Of a stretch of DNA of 64,000 bases, positions 1-9,684 are shown piece by piece. The notes beneath the pieces are model-generated. The model saw only the letters and a program-made list of their open reading frames with translations. It was not told where the DNA came from and made no database searches. Numbering within the stretch: the first letter of the stretch is position 1; each line of letters opens with the position of its first letter. A program made the position numbers and the translations under genes. Origin of the DNA: Terriglobia bacterium (GTDB taxonomy: Bacteria > Acidobacteriota > Terriglobia > 2-12-FULL-54-10); NCBI GenBank assembly GCA_963666975.2, contig CAXVYR010000004.1, positions 1,344,001 to 1,408,000 of the forward strand, in the 5' to 3' direction.

Positions 1-190
1 ACACGAAGCTGGCGTGAAGCAGCCCGCCGGTTTGCCTTCTGACCCCTTCTGTTTTTTATCCTGAATTTTAGCTAGTCAGTCCGGCGTTACTACTTCCGCG
101 CCTGGTTTGCCCTGCCGAGCGGTTCTATGCTACCTTTTGATTTTTAAGACTTTCGAGAGAAGAGGAGCAGGAGAAAAATCTCCGGAGGCA

Positions 191-937
191 ATGCCGGTTC
201 GTGAGACGGAAGCGATCATCCTCCGGACCTATCCGCTGAAAGAAGCCGACAAGATCGTTAGTTTTTTTTCGCGGGATGCGGGACGCCTGCGGGGAGTGGC
301 GCGGAACGCGCGCCGCAGCCTGCGGCGTTTTGGAGCGGCCCTGGAGCTTCTGTCGCACGTTCGCTTGCGATACTTCCAGCAAGAAAACCGCGATCTGGTC
401 CGGCTGGACTCCTGCGAACTGCTGCAATCTTTTTTTGAGACCCAGCGGAATTACGAAGCGAGCGTCGGGTTCTGTTATATCACCGAAGTCTGCGAGCAAT
501 TGCTCCCCGAAGGCGAGGCGAATGACCCGTTCTTCCGGCTGGTCCTGCTGGTCGCAAACCAAATCCGCCGCACCGAACAGATTTGGCAGTCCCTGACCTA
601 CTTCGACCTGTGGGCCGTAAAGCTGGCCGGATTTCTCCCCCAGCTGGATGTCTGTTGCCGCTGTGGCGCAAACTTTGAGCTTGGCGAGCAGGCGTGGTTT
701 CGCCCCGAATGGGAGGGGTTGGGGTGCGAGGCTTGCCGGGACGAGGAAAGCTGGCGTTTCAGCGCCGACTCACGGGCTTTGGCCCGCACGATGCTCGCGT
801 CCACTTTGGAGGCGGTTCAGCCGGAGGGATGGAGTAAGAACCGTGCGGAAGACCTGCGAAAATTTCTGGGCCAGCAGATCGAACGGCACATCGAACGGAG
901 GCTGGTGACACGCCCACAACTGGAAGCGCTGCCGTAG
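191..937 (+). CDS. recO: DNA repair protein RecO
   Basis: N-terminal [24 protein letters not shown], Zn-finger CCRCG..CEAC. ATG at 191 follows GGAGG. Confidence 0.93.
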   Translation: MPVRETEAIILRTYPLKEADKIVSFFSRDAGRLRGVARNARRSLRRFGAALELLSHVRLRYFQQENRDLVRLDSCELLQSFFETQRNYEASVGFCYITEVCEQLLPEGEANDPFFRLVLLVANQIRRTEQIWQSLTYFDLWAVKLAGFLPQLDVCCRCGANFELGEQAWFRPEWEGLGCEACRDEESWRFSADSRALARTMLASTLEAVQPEGWSKNRAEDLRKFLGQQIERHIERRLVTRPQLEALP

Positions 938-1005
938 TCCAGACCGTAGTCCGGCGAGTTGTGAAATTTTGGCTTGGTAGGAACCGAGAAACGGCCGAGA
1001 AACGA

Positions 1006-1971
1006 ATGAAACCGGCAAAGACATTCCAGGAACTGATCTTTCGGCTCACTGATTTTTGGGCCGGGCGGGGCTGTCTCATCCAGCAGCCCTACGACGTGGA
1101 AGTCGGCGCCGGGACGATGTGTCCTGAAACCTTTCTTCGCGTCTTGGGACCGAAGCCTTACAAGGTGGCCTACGTGCAGCCCAGCCGACGGCCCGCCGAC
1201 GGCCGCTATGGAGAAAATCCCAACCGCTTATACAAGCATCTCCAGTTGCAGGTGATTCTCAAGCCTGCTCCCGCCGACATTCAGGATGTTTACCTGGCCA
1301 GTTTGGAGAAGATTGGAATCGAGCTGCGCAACCACGATTTGAAGTTTGAGGAGGACAACTGGGAAGCGCCCACGCTGGGCGCATGGGGAATCGGATGGCA
1401 GGTGATGCTGGACGGCCTGGAGATCACTCAGTTCACTTACTTCCAGCAGTGCGGGGGCGTGGAGTTGGACCCGGTCTCGGTGGAGCTGACCCTGGGACTG
1501 GAGCGCATCAGCTCGTTTTTGCAGGATACGGAAAGCGTTTACCAGATGCGCTGGAACGAGAAAATGACCTACGGCGAGGTGCGCCAGGCCGAAGAGCAGC
1601 AGTTCTCGACATACAACTTCGAGATGGCCGACGTCGCCACCTTGTGGAAACTTTTGGAGCTGAACGAGCAGGAGTGCCGCCGTTTGCTGGGGAATTACCG
1701 GCAACTGAAAGCGCCAGCCGAAAAGGCGCGGTTCCCGGTGCTGGCCGCCTATGATCTGGTGTTGAAATGTTCGCATCTGTTTAACATGCTCGATGCGCGC
1801 GGAGCCATCAGCGTAACCGAACGCGTCGCCGTCATCGGACGGGTGCGGTCGCTCGCCTGCGGGGTGGCCGCGGCATATCTCGATCAAGCGGATGTGTCGC
1901 CTGACTCCTCCAGCGTTTCCTCGGAAGCCTCGCAGCCAGGCGAGAAGATATCGGAAGTCGTTGCCTCCTAA
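1006..1971 (+). CDS. glyQ: Glycine--tRNA ligase alpha subunit
   Basis: [37 protein letters not shown]. Start placed at ATG 1006. Confidence 0.97.
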   Translation: MKPAKTFQELIFRLTDFWAGRGCLIQQPYDVEVGAGTMCPETFLRVLGPKPYKVAYVQPSRRPADGRYGENPNRLYKHLQLQVILKPAPADIQDVYLASLEKIGIELRNHDLKFEEDNWEAPTLGAWGIGWQVMLDGLEITQFTYFQQCGGVELDPVSVELTLGLERISSFLQDTESVYQMRWNEKMTYGEVRQAEEQQFSTYNFEMADVATLWKLLELNEQECRRLLGNYRQLKAPAEKARFPVLAAYDLVLKCSHLFNMLDARGAISVTERVAVIGRVRSLACGVAAAYLDQADVSPDSSSVSSEASQPGEKISEVVAS

Positions 1972-1979
1972 GCGGACCC

Positions 1980-4145
1980 TTGACAGTGGAATCAAAACAA
2001 AAAGAGTTTCTGCTCGAAATCGGCACGGAAGAGATCCCCGCCTGGATGATTGAACCTGGGCTGGCGAGCCTGAAGCGGCTGCTCGAAGAAGGATTAGAAC
2101 GTGCCCGCCTTTCGGCGGAGCAGCCGGTTTCCTTCCAAATGCACGCCACTCCCCGGCGGCTGGTGGCTTTCTGTCCGGGCTTGCTATCGCGCCAGCCCGA
2201 CTCCGTCGAGATGGTGCAAGGGCCGCCGAAGCGGATCGCCTTTGACGCCCAGGGGAAGCCGACCCCGGCGGCGATCCAGTTTGCCGCCAAAATGGATACC
2301 ACGCCGGAAAAGCTGCAATCGGTGACCACGCCCAAAGGCGAGTATCTGGCCTTCCGGAAAAAAGATCGGGGACGGCCGACCCAGGAAATCCTGCGGGAGT
2401 TGGTTCCGCAGGCGGTCCTCGGCATCCCGTTTCCGCGCAGCATGTACTGGGAAGGCAAATCAGGCCCGCGCTTCATTCGGCCCATTCGTTCCTTGCTGGT
2501 GCTGTTCGGCGGCCGCGTGGTGCCTTGCCGGATTGGAACCGTCCATGCCGGCGCTTGGACCTTCGGCCACAGGCAGTTGGGCAAGCCCCGGCTGCGCGTT
2601 CGCGATTTTGCGGGCTACATGGAAACGCTGCGGCAAAACTATGTTCTGCTCGACGCCAGCGAACGGCGGGCCAAAATCCTGAAAGAGATTCAGAGGTTGC
2701 TTGCATCCGGGAATGGCTTGCGCCTGAAGGAGAACGAAGAGCTGTTGAATACTTTGGTTTATCTTGCCGAGTATCCCACCCCCGTGGCCGGACAATTTGA
2801 TGCTTCGTATCTGTCGCTTCCCGAAGAGGTGCTGGTTACGGTGATGCGCGGCCACCAGAAGTACTTCTCCGTCGAGCGGAAGGGGGGGGCGCTGGCGCCT
2901 CGTTTTGTGGCCGTGATGAATTTGGAAAAAGACCGTAGCGGCGCTATCCAGCACGGCCACGAGCGCGTCCTGCGCGCGCGCTTCAATGACGCCCGCTTCT
3001 TTTGGGAAACCGATAGCAAGATTTCTTTGGAACAGCGTCTGGAGATGCTGCAACACGTCACCTTCCAGTCGCGGCTTGGTTCTTACTTCGAGAAAGCGAA
3101 GCGAATGGAGTCACTCGCCGGCGAGCTAGTGCGCAAGAGCGGTAGCACGTCCCTTCTCGCCGATATTCAAACGGCGGCACGGCTTGCCAAGTGCGACCTG
3201 ACCACGGAATTGGTGAAGGAGTTCACGGAACTCCAGGGCGTGGTAGGCGGCTTATATGCCGAGCGCGAAGGCAAATCCAAAGAGATCGCCACGGCCATCT
3301 ACGACCATTATGCGCCGCAGAGCATGGAGGACGCCGCTCCCCGAACACTGGCGGGAGCCCTCGTCTCGCTGGCGGATCGAATGGACACTCTCGTGGGATG
3401 CTTCGGGGTTGGCCTCGCTCCTACCGGGTCCAAGGACCCGTTCGGACTGCGCCGCGCGGCGCAAGGGGTGATTCGGATTCTCGTCGAGCACTCGCTGCGG
3501 TTGCCGTTCAGCGTTCTGGTGGGCGTGACGGTCGATACCTACCGGGAGCGGTTAGCCGAGGGACAGACTCCGGAGTGGCAGGATAAAGCTATCGGGGATT
3601 CGCTGAAAGCATTTCTGGTAGACCGCCTGCGGTACTATCTGCGGGAGGTGCGCGGATTTACTTACGACGAAGTCAATGCCGTGCTCGCCGCTGGTGACGA
3701 TGAAGTAGTGGATGCCCTGAAACGGTTGGAGGCGGTGGCGCGGGTTCGCCCGACGGAGAACTTTGAGCCGCTGGCTGCCGCTTTTAAGCGAATTAAAAAT
3801 ATTTTGCAGCAGGGCAACTATACCTTTCCCGTTTCCAGGCGGGAACTGGACCGGAAGCTGCTCGAAGAGGGTCCTGAATCCCAGTTGTTCAAAAGATACC
3901 AAGCAGTATCTGCCGAAGTTTCGCAGCACAAACAATCGGGAAACTTCCTGGCAGGGCTTGAGGCGATTGCTTCCCTGCGGCCGGACGTGGACCTTTTCTT
4001 CGACAAAATATTGGTGATGTCTCCGCAAAAGGAAGTCCGCCAAAATCGTTTGACCTTGCTGGGAAATCTTTTTTTCGAATTTTCTACGATCGCCGATTTT
4101 TCAGAGATCGTGACTGCCGAACCCAAAAAAGCTGGATCACACTAA
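1980..4145 (+). CDS. glyS: Glycine--tRNA ligase beta subunit
   Basis: FLLEIGTEEIP, EFTELQGVVG, PTGSKDPFGLRRAA; follows glyQ. Confidence 0.97.
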   Translation: MTVESKQKEFLLEIGTEEIPAWMIEPGLASLKRLLEEGLERARLSAEQPVSFQMHATPRRLVAFCPGLLSRQPDSVEMVQGPPKRIAFDAQGKPTPAAIQFAAKMDTTPEKLQSVTTPKGEYLAFRKKDRGRPTQEILRELVPQAVLGIPFPRSMYWEGKSGPRFIRPIRSLLVLFGGRVVPCRIGTVHAGAWTFGHRQLGKPRLRVRDFAGYMETLRQNYVLLDASERRAKILKEIQRLLASGNGLRLKENEELLNTLVYLAEYPTPVAGQFDASYLSLPEEVLVTVMRGHQKYFSVERKGGALAPRFVAVMNLEKDRSGAIQHGHERVLRARFNDARFFWETDSKISLEQRLEMLQHVTFQSRLGSYFEKAKRMESLAGELVRKSGSTSLLADIQTAARLAKCDLTTELVKEFTELQGVVGGLYAEREGKSKEIATAIYDHYAPQSMEDAAPRTLAGALVSLADRMDTLVGCFGVGLAPTGSKDPFGLRRAAQGVIRILVEHSLRLPFSVLVGVTVDTYRERLAEGQTPEWQDKAIGDSLKAFLVDRLRYYLREVRGFTYDEVNAVLAAGDDEVVDALKRLEAVARVRPTENFEPLAAAFKRIKNILQQGNYTFPVSRRELDRKLLEEGPESQLFKRYQAVSAEVSQHKQSGNFLAGLEAIASLRPDVDLFFDKILVMSPQKEVRQNRLTLLGNLFFEFSTIADFSEIVTAEPKKAGSH

Positions 4146-4205
4146 CCGGTTCTTCCGGGTCTGAAACCGAAGCGGAGGGAGCTGAAAGAAGGAGCTTAAA
4201 TAAAG

Positions 4206-6905
4206 ATGAGCGAAAAATTTATCTATTTTTTTGCGGAGGGCAAGGCGGATGGCCACGGCCGGATGAAGGATGTACTGGGGGGCAAAGGAGCCGGACTGGC
4301 CGAGATGACCAACGCCGGCCTGCCCGTTCCTCCCGGCTTCACGATCTCCACCGCCGTCTGCCGCCTGTATTTTGAAAAGAAAGGAAAGCTGCCCCCGGAA
4401 TTGGATGAACAGACCAGCCAGGCCATCGCCCGCCTGGAAAAGGTGACCGGGCAGCGGCTCGGCTCGCGGGAGAATCCGCTGCTGGTGAGTGTTCGCTCCG
4501 GCGCTAAATTTTCGATGCCCGGAATGATGGACACCATCCTGAACCTGGGGCTGAATGACGAAACGACGCAGACGCTAGCCACCAGGACTCACAACCCCCG
4601 GTTTGCCTACGACTGTTACCGCCGCTTCCTCCAGATGTTCGGCAATGTAGTGTTGGAAGTCTCCAAAGCCGATTTCGACCGCATCTTCGAAGGCATCAAG
4701 AAAAAGCGCAAAGTTGTTTCCGACGCGGACCTCGATGCGAAGGCCCTCCAGGAGGTGATCCGGGACTATAAGAAGCTGGTGCAGAAAAAAACCGGCTCGC
4801 CCTTCCCGCAGGACGCACGGCAGCAGCTCGCCATGTCGAGGGACGCCGTGTTCCGCTCCTGGTATAACCCCAGGGCCGGCCACTACCGGCGCATGAACAA
4901 CATCCCCGATACGCTGGGGACCGCCGTGAACATCCAGACTATGGTCTTTGGGAATCTAGGGGAGTCGAGCGGCACGGGCGTCGGCTTCACGCGCAATCCC
5001 TCCACCGGAGAGAAGGAGTTCTACGGAGAGTTCCTGATGAACGCGCAGGGCGAGGACGTGGTGGCGGGCATCCGCACGCCGTTGCACATTGGCGAGTTGC
5101 AGTCGCTTCTGCCGGAGGTCTATGACCAACTGCGCGAGACCACTTCGCGTCTGGAACTGCACTACCGGGACGTGCAGGATTTTGAGTTCACCATCCAGGA
5201 TAAAAAACTCTACATGCTGCAAACCCGCAACGGCAAGCGCACCGGCAAGGCAGCGGTCAAAATCGCCGTGGACATGATGAACGAGGGATTGCTGACCAAG
5301 CAAGAAGCCCTCATGCGCGTCGAGCCCGCGCAGTTGGACCAACTGTTGCATCCTATTCTTGATGAGAGGGGTTCCGTGAAGGTCATCGCCCGTGGACTGC
5401 CGGCCTCGCCCGGCGCTGCTGTGGGAGAGGTGGTGTTCACGGCCGATGATGCGGTCCAACTCGGAAAGAAAACCCCGGTCATCCTGGTGCGGGCCGAGAC
5501 CGTGCCGGACGACATTCACGGGATGGAGGCCGCCGCCGGCATCCTGACTTCCCGGGGCGGCATGACCAGCCACGCAGCGGTGGTGACGCGCGGAATGGGC
5601 AAGTGCTGCGTCGCCGGCTGCGGAGCCATCCAGGTGGATGAGAAAAACAAGAGGATGAAGGTGGACGGGCGGGTCCTCAAGCAGGGAGAGTGGATCTCGC
5701 TCGATGGCTCCACCGGCCGCGTGATCTTGGGAAAGATGCCCACCGTGGACCCGGACCCCGCCAGCGGCGAGTTTGCCCAGTTCATGAGCTGGGCTGATGA
5801 ATTTCGCAAATTGGGCGTGCGCGCCAATGCCGACATACCGCGCGACGCCAAGGTGGCACGGCGCTACGGAGCCGAGGGAATCGGATTGTGCCGAACCGAG
5901 CATATGTTTTTTGCCGAGGACCGCATCCGCCACATGCAGGCCATGATCCTGGCGGATACAGAGAAAGAAAGGCGGCGTTACCTGGCCAAGCTTCTTCCCA
6001 TGCAGCGCAAAGACTTTGTGGGACTGTTCCGCGTGATGGAGGGCTTGCCGGTCATCATTCGTCTGCTCGATCCTCCTCTGCATGAGTTTTTACCCAAGCG
6101 GGAAGAGTTGATGGTGGAGGTAGCTCTGCTGAAGCAGAAAACTCCGCGCTCGAAGAAGCTCAAGGAACGGGAAGCTTTGCTGGCCAGAGTGGAACAGCTC
6201 CATGAACTAAACCCCATGCTGGGACTGCGTGGTTGCCGCCTGGGAATCCTGTACCCGGAAATCTCCGAGATGCAGGCCCGCGCCATCTTTGAAGCCGCTT
6301 GCACCGTTGCACGGGAAGGGAAGAAGGTGATTCCAGAGATCATGATTCCCCTGGTCAGCAGCCGCCAGGAATTGGGCCTGCAAAAACAGATCGTGGACCG
6401 GGTGGCCGGAGAAGTCTTCGAGAAGCAAAAGTCCCGCGTGGACTACATGACGGGAACCATGATTGAGTTGCCACGGGCCGCGTTGGTGGCCGATGAGATT
6501 GCCCAGGAGGCCGACTTCTTCAGCTTCGGCACCAACGACCTGACCCAGACTACTTTCGGTTTCTCCCGTGATGACAGCGGAACGTTCCTCGAAGCCTACA
6601 CCCGCCAAGCCATCTTGCAGCATGACCCCTTTGCCGTGCTGGACCGCTCGGGCGTCGGCCAACTGATTCGGATGGCTGCGGAGCGAGGCCGTCGCAGCAA
6701 GCCTGGATTAGAAGTCGGTATATGCGGAGAGCACGGCGGCGATCCCAGCTCGGTCGAATTCTGCCATCAAGTGGGGTTGGACTACGTGAGTTGCTCGCCG
6801 TACCGCGTCCCCATTGCGCGCCTCGCAGCGGCCCAGGCCGCCCTGCAAGATACATTGCAAGGCACATTGGAGGATCAGGGAGAAGAGAGGCAGCGGACTG
6901 CGTAA
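4206..6905 (+). CDS. ppdK: Pyruvate, phosphate dikinase
   Basis: LGGKGAGLAEM, GGMTSHAAVV phospho-His motif, GIGLCRTEHMF, GICGEHGG. Confidence 0.98.
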   Translation: MSEKFIYFFAEGKADGHGRMKDVLGGKGAGLAEMTNAGLPVPPGFTISTAVCRLYFEKKGKLPPELDEQTSQAIARLEKVTGQRLGSRENPLLVSVRSGAKFSMPGMMDTILNLGLNDETTQTLATRTHNPRFAYDCYRRFLQMFGNVVLEVSKADFDRIFEGIKKKRKVVSDADLDAKALQEVIRDYKKLVQKKTGSPFPQDARQQLAMSRDAVFRSWYNPRAGHYRRMNNIPDTLGTAVNIQTMVFGNLGESSGTGVGFTRNPSTGEKEFYGEFLMNAQGEDVVAGIRTPLHIGELQSLLPEVYDQLRETTSRLELHYRDVQDFEFTIQDKKLYMLQTRNGKRTGKAAVKIAVDMMNEGLLTKQEALMRVEPAQLDQLLHPILDERGSVKVIARGLPASPGAAVGEVVFTADDAVQLGKKTPVILVRAETVPDDIHGMEAAAGILTSRGGMTSHAAVVTRGMGKCCVAGCGAIQVDEKNKRMKVDGRVLKQGEWISLDGSTGRVILGKMPTVDPDPASGEFAQFMSWADEFRKLGVRANADIPRDAKVARRYGAEGIGLCRTEHMFFAEDRIRHMQAMILADTEKERRRYLAKLLPMQRKDFVGLFRVMEGLPVIIRLLDPPLHEFLPKREELMVEVALLKQKTPRSKKLKEREALLARVEQLHELNPMLGLRGCRLGILYPEISEMQARAIFEAACTVAREGKKVIPEIMIPLVSSRQELGLQKQIVDRVAGEVFEKQKSRVDYMTGTMIELPRAALVADEIAQEADFFSFGTNDLTQTTFGFSRDDSGTFLEAYTRQAILQHDPFAVLDRSGVGQLIRMAAERGRRSKPGLEVGICGEHGGDPSSVEFCHQVGLDYVSCSPYRVPIARLAAAQAALQDTLQGTLEDQGEERQRTA

Positions 6906-6957
6906 CAACGTCCATTCACGCCAATTCCCGCAGTGCAAATTGCTTTGGCGGCAGGCC

Positions 6958-7009
6958 CTACTCCATCTCCGGCATCATTCCATCTCCGGCGTCACTCCAT
7001 CTCCGGCAT
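6958..7009 (-). repeat. Three tandem 17-bp units copying the 3' end of the small ORF 6992-7168
   Basis: Minus-strand units ATGCCGGAGATGGAGTG / ACGCCGGAGATGGAATG / ATGCCGGAGATGGAGTA(G). Confidence 0.9.
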
Positions 7010-7168
7010 CAGGGCGACGGGTTCGCCGAGGTTCCACTGCGCCCAGTGCAGGTTCATGTCGGCGAGCTTGAGCGTGCGCTCGATCATCGGCAGGTCGGTC
7101 CCTTCGATCACCTCGCCCAGCAAGGCCCGCGCCTGAGCGATGCGCTGTAGCATCTGTTCCCGTTCCAC
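6992..7168 (-). CDS. 58-aa hypothetical protein, below the ORF-track cutoff
   Basis: AGGAGG RBS then GTG; MEREQMLQRIAQARALLGEVIEGTDLPMIERTLKLADMNLHWAQWNLGEPVALMPEME*; GC3-rich codon use; downstream of the CoA ligase. Confidence 0.75.
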   Translation of the reverse strand: MEREQMLQRIAQARALLGEVIEGTDLPMIERTLKLADMNLHWAQWNLGEPVALMPEME

Positions 7169-7187
7169 GGTTGTTCCTCCTGAAAGA

Positions 7188-7355
7188 TGGTCCGCTCCCT
7201 TGCGGTCGCGGCTCTGATTTCTTTTCGCACATATGGCGGCACAGTTAAAACCGTGCCCTGACGTAAAGCACCCGCTCCTTCACAGTCGCGGCTCGGATTC
7301 ATTTTAATCACGCTCGACTGTGTTGGTCCGCTCCCTTGCGGTCGCGGCTCTGATT
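7188..7355. repeat. Cluster of REP-like elements: three family-A copies and one family-B copy
   Basis: TGGTCCGCTCCCTTGCGGTCGCGGCTCTGATT identical at 7188-7219 and 7324-7355, variant at 7272-7298. ATGGCGGCACAGTTAAAACCGTGCCCTGACG at 7233-7263 matches 55159-55189. Confidence 0.88.
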
Positions 7356-7357
7356 GC

Positions 7358-8725
7358 TTACTCGCGGTCCAATGCACGGCGGACTTCCTTGGGGCGCTGG
7401 TCCACAATCCGGCGCGTCTTCAGCTCGTAGCGCGGCAGCGTGCCCGGCGCGACCAACTCCACCTCCAGCCGGACTTTCAATGCATCACGGACCCGTTCGT
7501 CGATTCGGCTGGACAGCTCACCGTAACGGTCCTGCGGCAGGTCCGTCTGCGGCTCGGCGCGCACGCACATGCGGTCCATGCCGCTGACGCGCGTCAGCAC
7601 CAGCTCGTAGTGGCTGCTGACGCCATCCATTTGGCCGATGACGTTCTCGACCGCCGACTGATAGACGTTGGTGCCCCGGATCGTCACCATAAAATCGGTC
7701 CGCCCCAGCACAACGCCTTTCAGAAACGCCCAGGTCCGCCCGCATGCGCAACTGTTGTGGCGCTCCACCAAGTCGTGCGTGCGATAGTTGAGCAGCGGCT
7801 GTGCGCTGTTGACATAGGTGGTGAGGATGTTCTCGCCGATCTCTCCCTCGGCGACTTCCTTGCCCGTGGCCGGGTCGCGGCTCCAGGAATAGACGCTGGT
7901 CTCATCCACGTGGACGCCCTCGCGCGTGGGACAGCCGGGCGCAAAGGCGTGCACCTCAGCGACGCCCAGCAGCTCGCCGGAGATAGAGCCCCATTCCTTG
8001 TCCAACTGTTTCCGCATCGCCGGAATGGCGCACGGGCCGGGCTCGCCGGCATGGTATGTGTATTTCAGCGAAAGCCCGGCCGGGTCGACGCCCATCCGGC
8101 GCGCCACCTCGGCCAGGTGCAGGGCGTAGGTGGGCGTTGAGACCAGCACGGTGGGCTTCAGGCGCTGGATCATCTTGATGTGGCCTTCCGAATTCTGGCC
8201 GCCGCCGGAGTAGAGCGTCGCACCCAAGCGGCGCACGCCCCAGTAGGCGCTCCAGAAGCCGGAGAACAGGCCCCAGCCGAAGGCGAAGTAAAAGCTGTCG
8301 CGGGGCCGTATGCCCACGGCCCAAAAGCCGTAGTTCCAGGACTCGCCGTACCGCTCGGTGTCGTAGGTGGTGAAAGGGATGCCGAGCGGGACGCCGGTGG
8401 TGCCCGAGGTCTCGCAGTGATGCGCGATATGGTCGGCGGGCAGCGACAGGGTGTCGCCGTAGTGCGGCCGCTCCTGTTGCAGCAGGATGAACTCGGATTT
8501 GTCGGTGACCGGCACCTTGCGCTTGAAGTCCTCAAGTGTTTGGATGTCGTCCGGGCGGACACCCGCCTGGTCAAGCTTGCGGCGGTAAAAGGCGCTGGTT
8601 GCGTAGGCGTGCGCCAGCACGGCCTTCACGCGATGCAGGTGGAGACGGTCAAGCTGCTCGCGCGGCATTGTCTCGTAGTAACGGTTCCAGAAGGGGCTGT
8701 CTTGATTGCGCAGGAAGGGACGCAT
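7358..8725 (-). CDS. Phenylacetate--CoA ligase family acyl-CoA ligase (substrate unknown)
   Basis: ETMPREQL, TSGTTG P-loop, AQPLLNYRTHDLV, GRTDFMVTIRGTNVY. Start placed at ATG 8725. Confidence 0.88.
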   Translation of the reverse strand: MRPFLRNQDSPFWNRYYETMPREQLDRLHLHRVKAVLAHAYATSAFYRRKLDQAGVRPDDIQTLEDFKRKVPVTDKSEFILLQQERPHYGDTLSLPADHIAHHCETSGTTGVPLGIPFTTYDTERYGESWNYGFWAVGIRPRDSFYFAFGWGLFSGFWSAYWGVRRLGATLYSGGGQNSEGHIKMIQRLKPTVLVSTPTYALHLAEVARRMGVDPAGLSLKYTYHAGEPGPCAIPAMRKQLDKEWGSISGELLGVAEVHAFAPGCPTREGVHVDETSVYSWSRDPATGKEVAEGEIGENILTTYVNSAQPLLNYRTHDLVERHNSCACGRTWAFLKGVVLGRTDFMVTIRGTNVYQSAVENVIGQMDGVSSHYELVLTRVSGMDRMCVRAEPQTDLPQDRYGELSSRIDERVRDALKVRLEVELVAPGTLPRYELKTRRIVDQRPKEVRRALDRE

Positions 8726-8800
8726 GAAAGTGCGACGATCTCCTTTCGAGCTTGCATGCCGATTGAACGGAAAAGAGGGTGGCAGGCCGCCCCGCGCCAT

Positions 8801-8829
8801 ATTCTAGGGGCGTAAGAAGGGCATGTCAA
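8801..8829 (-). promoter_or_regulatory. Sigma70 promoter for the CoA ligase
   Basis: Minus strand TTGACA-17 nt-TAGAAT. Confidence 0.75.
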
Positions 8830-8901
8830 ATGGGGAGTTTTACGGGGTTTTGTGTTTCGACCGTCATGATTTGCTGAAGCACCAAGGAAAGAGCCTATCA
8901 G

Positions 8902-9120
8902 TCATCGTGCCACAGTGACCTTCTGCACACCAATGAACTCCAGTGGCTCCGTACTCTGCTTCTCCACTTCGAGGTAGAGCTCAACGGCCTCCCGGATTCG
9001 CTCCATCAGTTTATCTAAGGACTTCGCCTGTGTGTGACAGCCAGGAAGAGCAGGGACAGAAGCCACATAGTAGCCCTCTGCATCGCGCTCGATCACTACG
9101 TTGAACTCTTTGATCTTCAT
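8902..9120 (-). CDS. hicB: HicB-family antitoxin (no intact HicA partner)
   Basis: FNVVIERDAEGYYVASVPALPGCHTQAKSLDKLMERIREAVELYLE. An ATGA-coupled ORF at 8864-8905 is only 13 aa. Confidence 0.88.
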   Translation of the reverse strand: MKIKEFNVVIERDAEGYYVASVPALPGCHTQAKSLDKLMERIREAVELYLEVEKQSTEPLEFIGVQKVTVAR

Positions 9121-9149
9121 AGGCTCTCCCTTCGCCGTCCGGGAAACTT

Positions 9150-9208
9150 CTACTCCCTACCATTGCATCATAAATCCGGTCCATTTCATCCCGCGAATGG
9201 AAAACCAT
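9150..9208 (-). pseudogene. Highly diverged third copy of the parB C-terminus
   Basis: VFHSRDEMDRIYDAMVG aligns with ParB EFYSQQDLDRIYSVIVG. Confidence 0.6.
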
Positions 9209-9217
9209 TCAGTGTCC

Positions 9218-9331
9218 TCACTGCTGTCCCACAATCACGCTGTAGATGCGGTCCAGGTCCTGCTGGGAATAATATTTGATCTCAATTTTGCCCCGGGTGC
9301 TTTTGCCGACCATCCGCACGCGGGTGCCGAG
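9218..9331 (-). pseudogene. Duplicated 3' end of parB (38 codons including stop)
   Basis: Matches 9685-9798 with 12 mismatches in 114 nt and no indels. Confidence 0.93.
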
Positions 9332-9369
9332 CAAAGAGTCCCGTCCTGTTATTGGATCACTCGAAGGCT

Positions 9370-9633
9370 TCAGAGAGAGTAGACAGGCACGCGAACTTCG
9401 CGCTTGGCCTTCCGGCGTCCGGCAACGGTCTCTTCGATGGTCTTGAGCACGTTGGCCGAATAGTATCGGGTCCCGCACTCCGTGCAGACGCCGGTGGGAA
9501 CGTTTTCGATGACGATATATTTTCCTTTGACTCTGCGGGACAGATCACTCTTTTTTTCCCGGATGACTCCGCGACAGTATTCGCAACGCTCCCGGTCCCA
9601 AAAACCCAATGCTTTCTCTCGTTTTCTCATCAC
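9370..9633 (-). CDS. YgiT/MqsA-type zinc-finger protein (putative antitoxin)
   Basis: CEYC...IVIENVPTGVCTECGTRYYS motif; no upstream toxin ORF. Confidence 0.82.
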   Translation of the reverse strand: MMRKREKALGFWDRERCEYCRGVIREKKSDLSRRVKGKYIVIENVPTGVCTECGTRYYSANVLKTIEETVAGRRKAKREVRVPVYSL

Positions 9634-9684
9634 TTGGGTTGTGTGATCCTTGGTTCCCAGCGTGAAGCATCTGCGGTTCGGATT

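Noticed and set aside
6958-7355. Repeat clusters as a CRISPR array
   Set aside because: The 17-bp units have no spacers, the 27-32 bp copies are irregularly spaced and dispersed elsewhere, and no cas genes are present.
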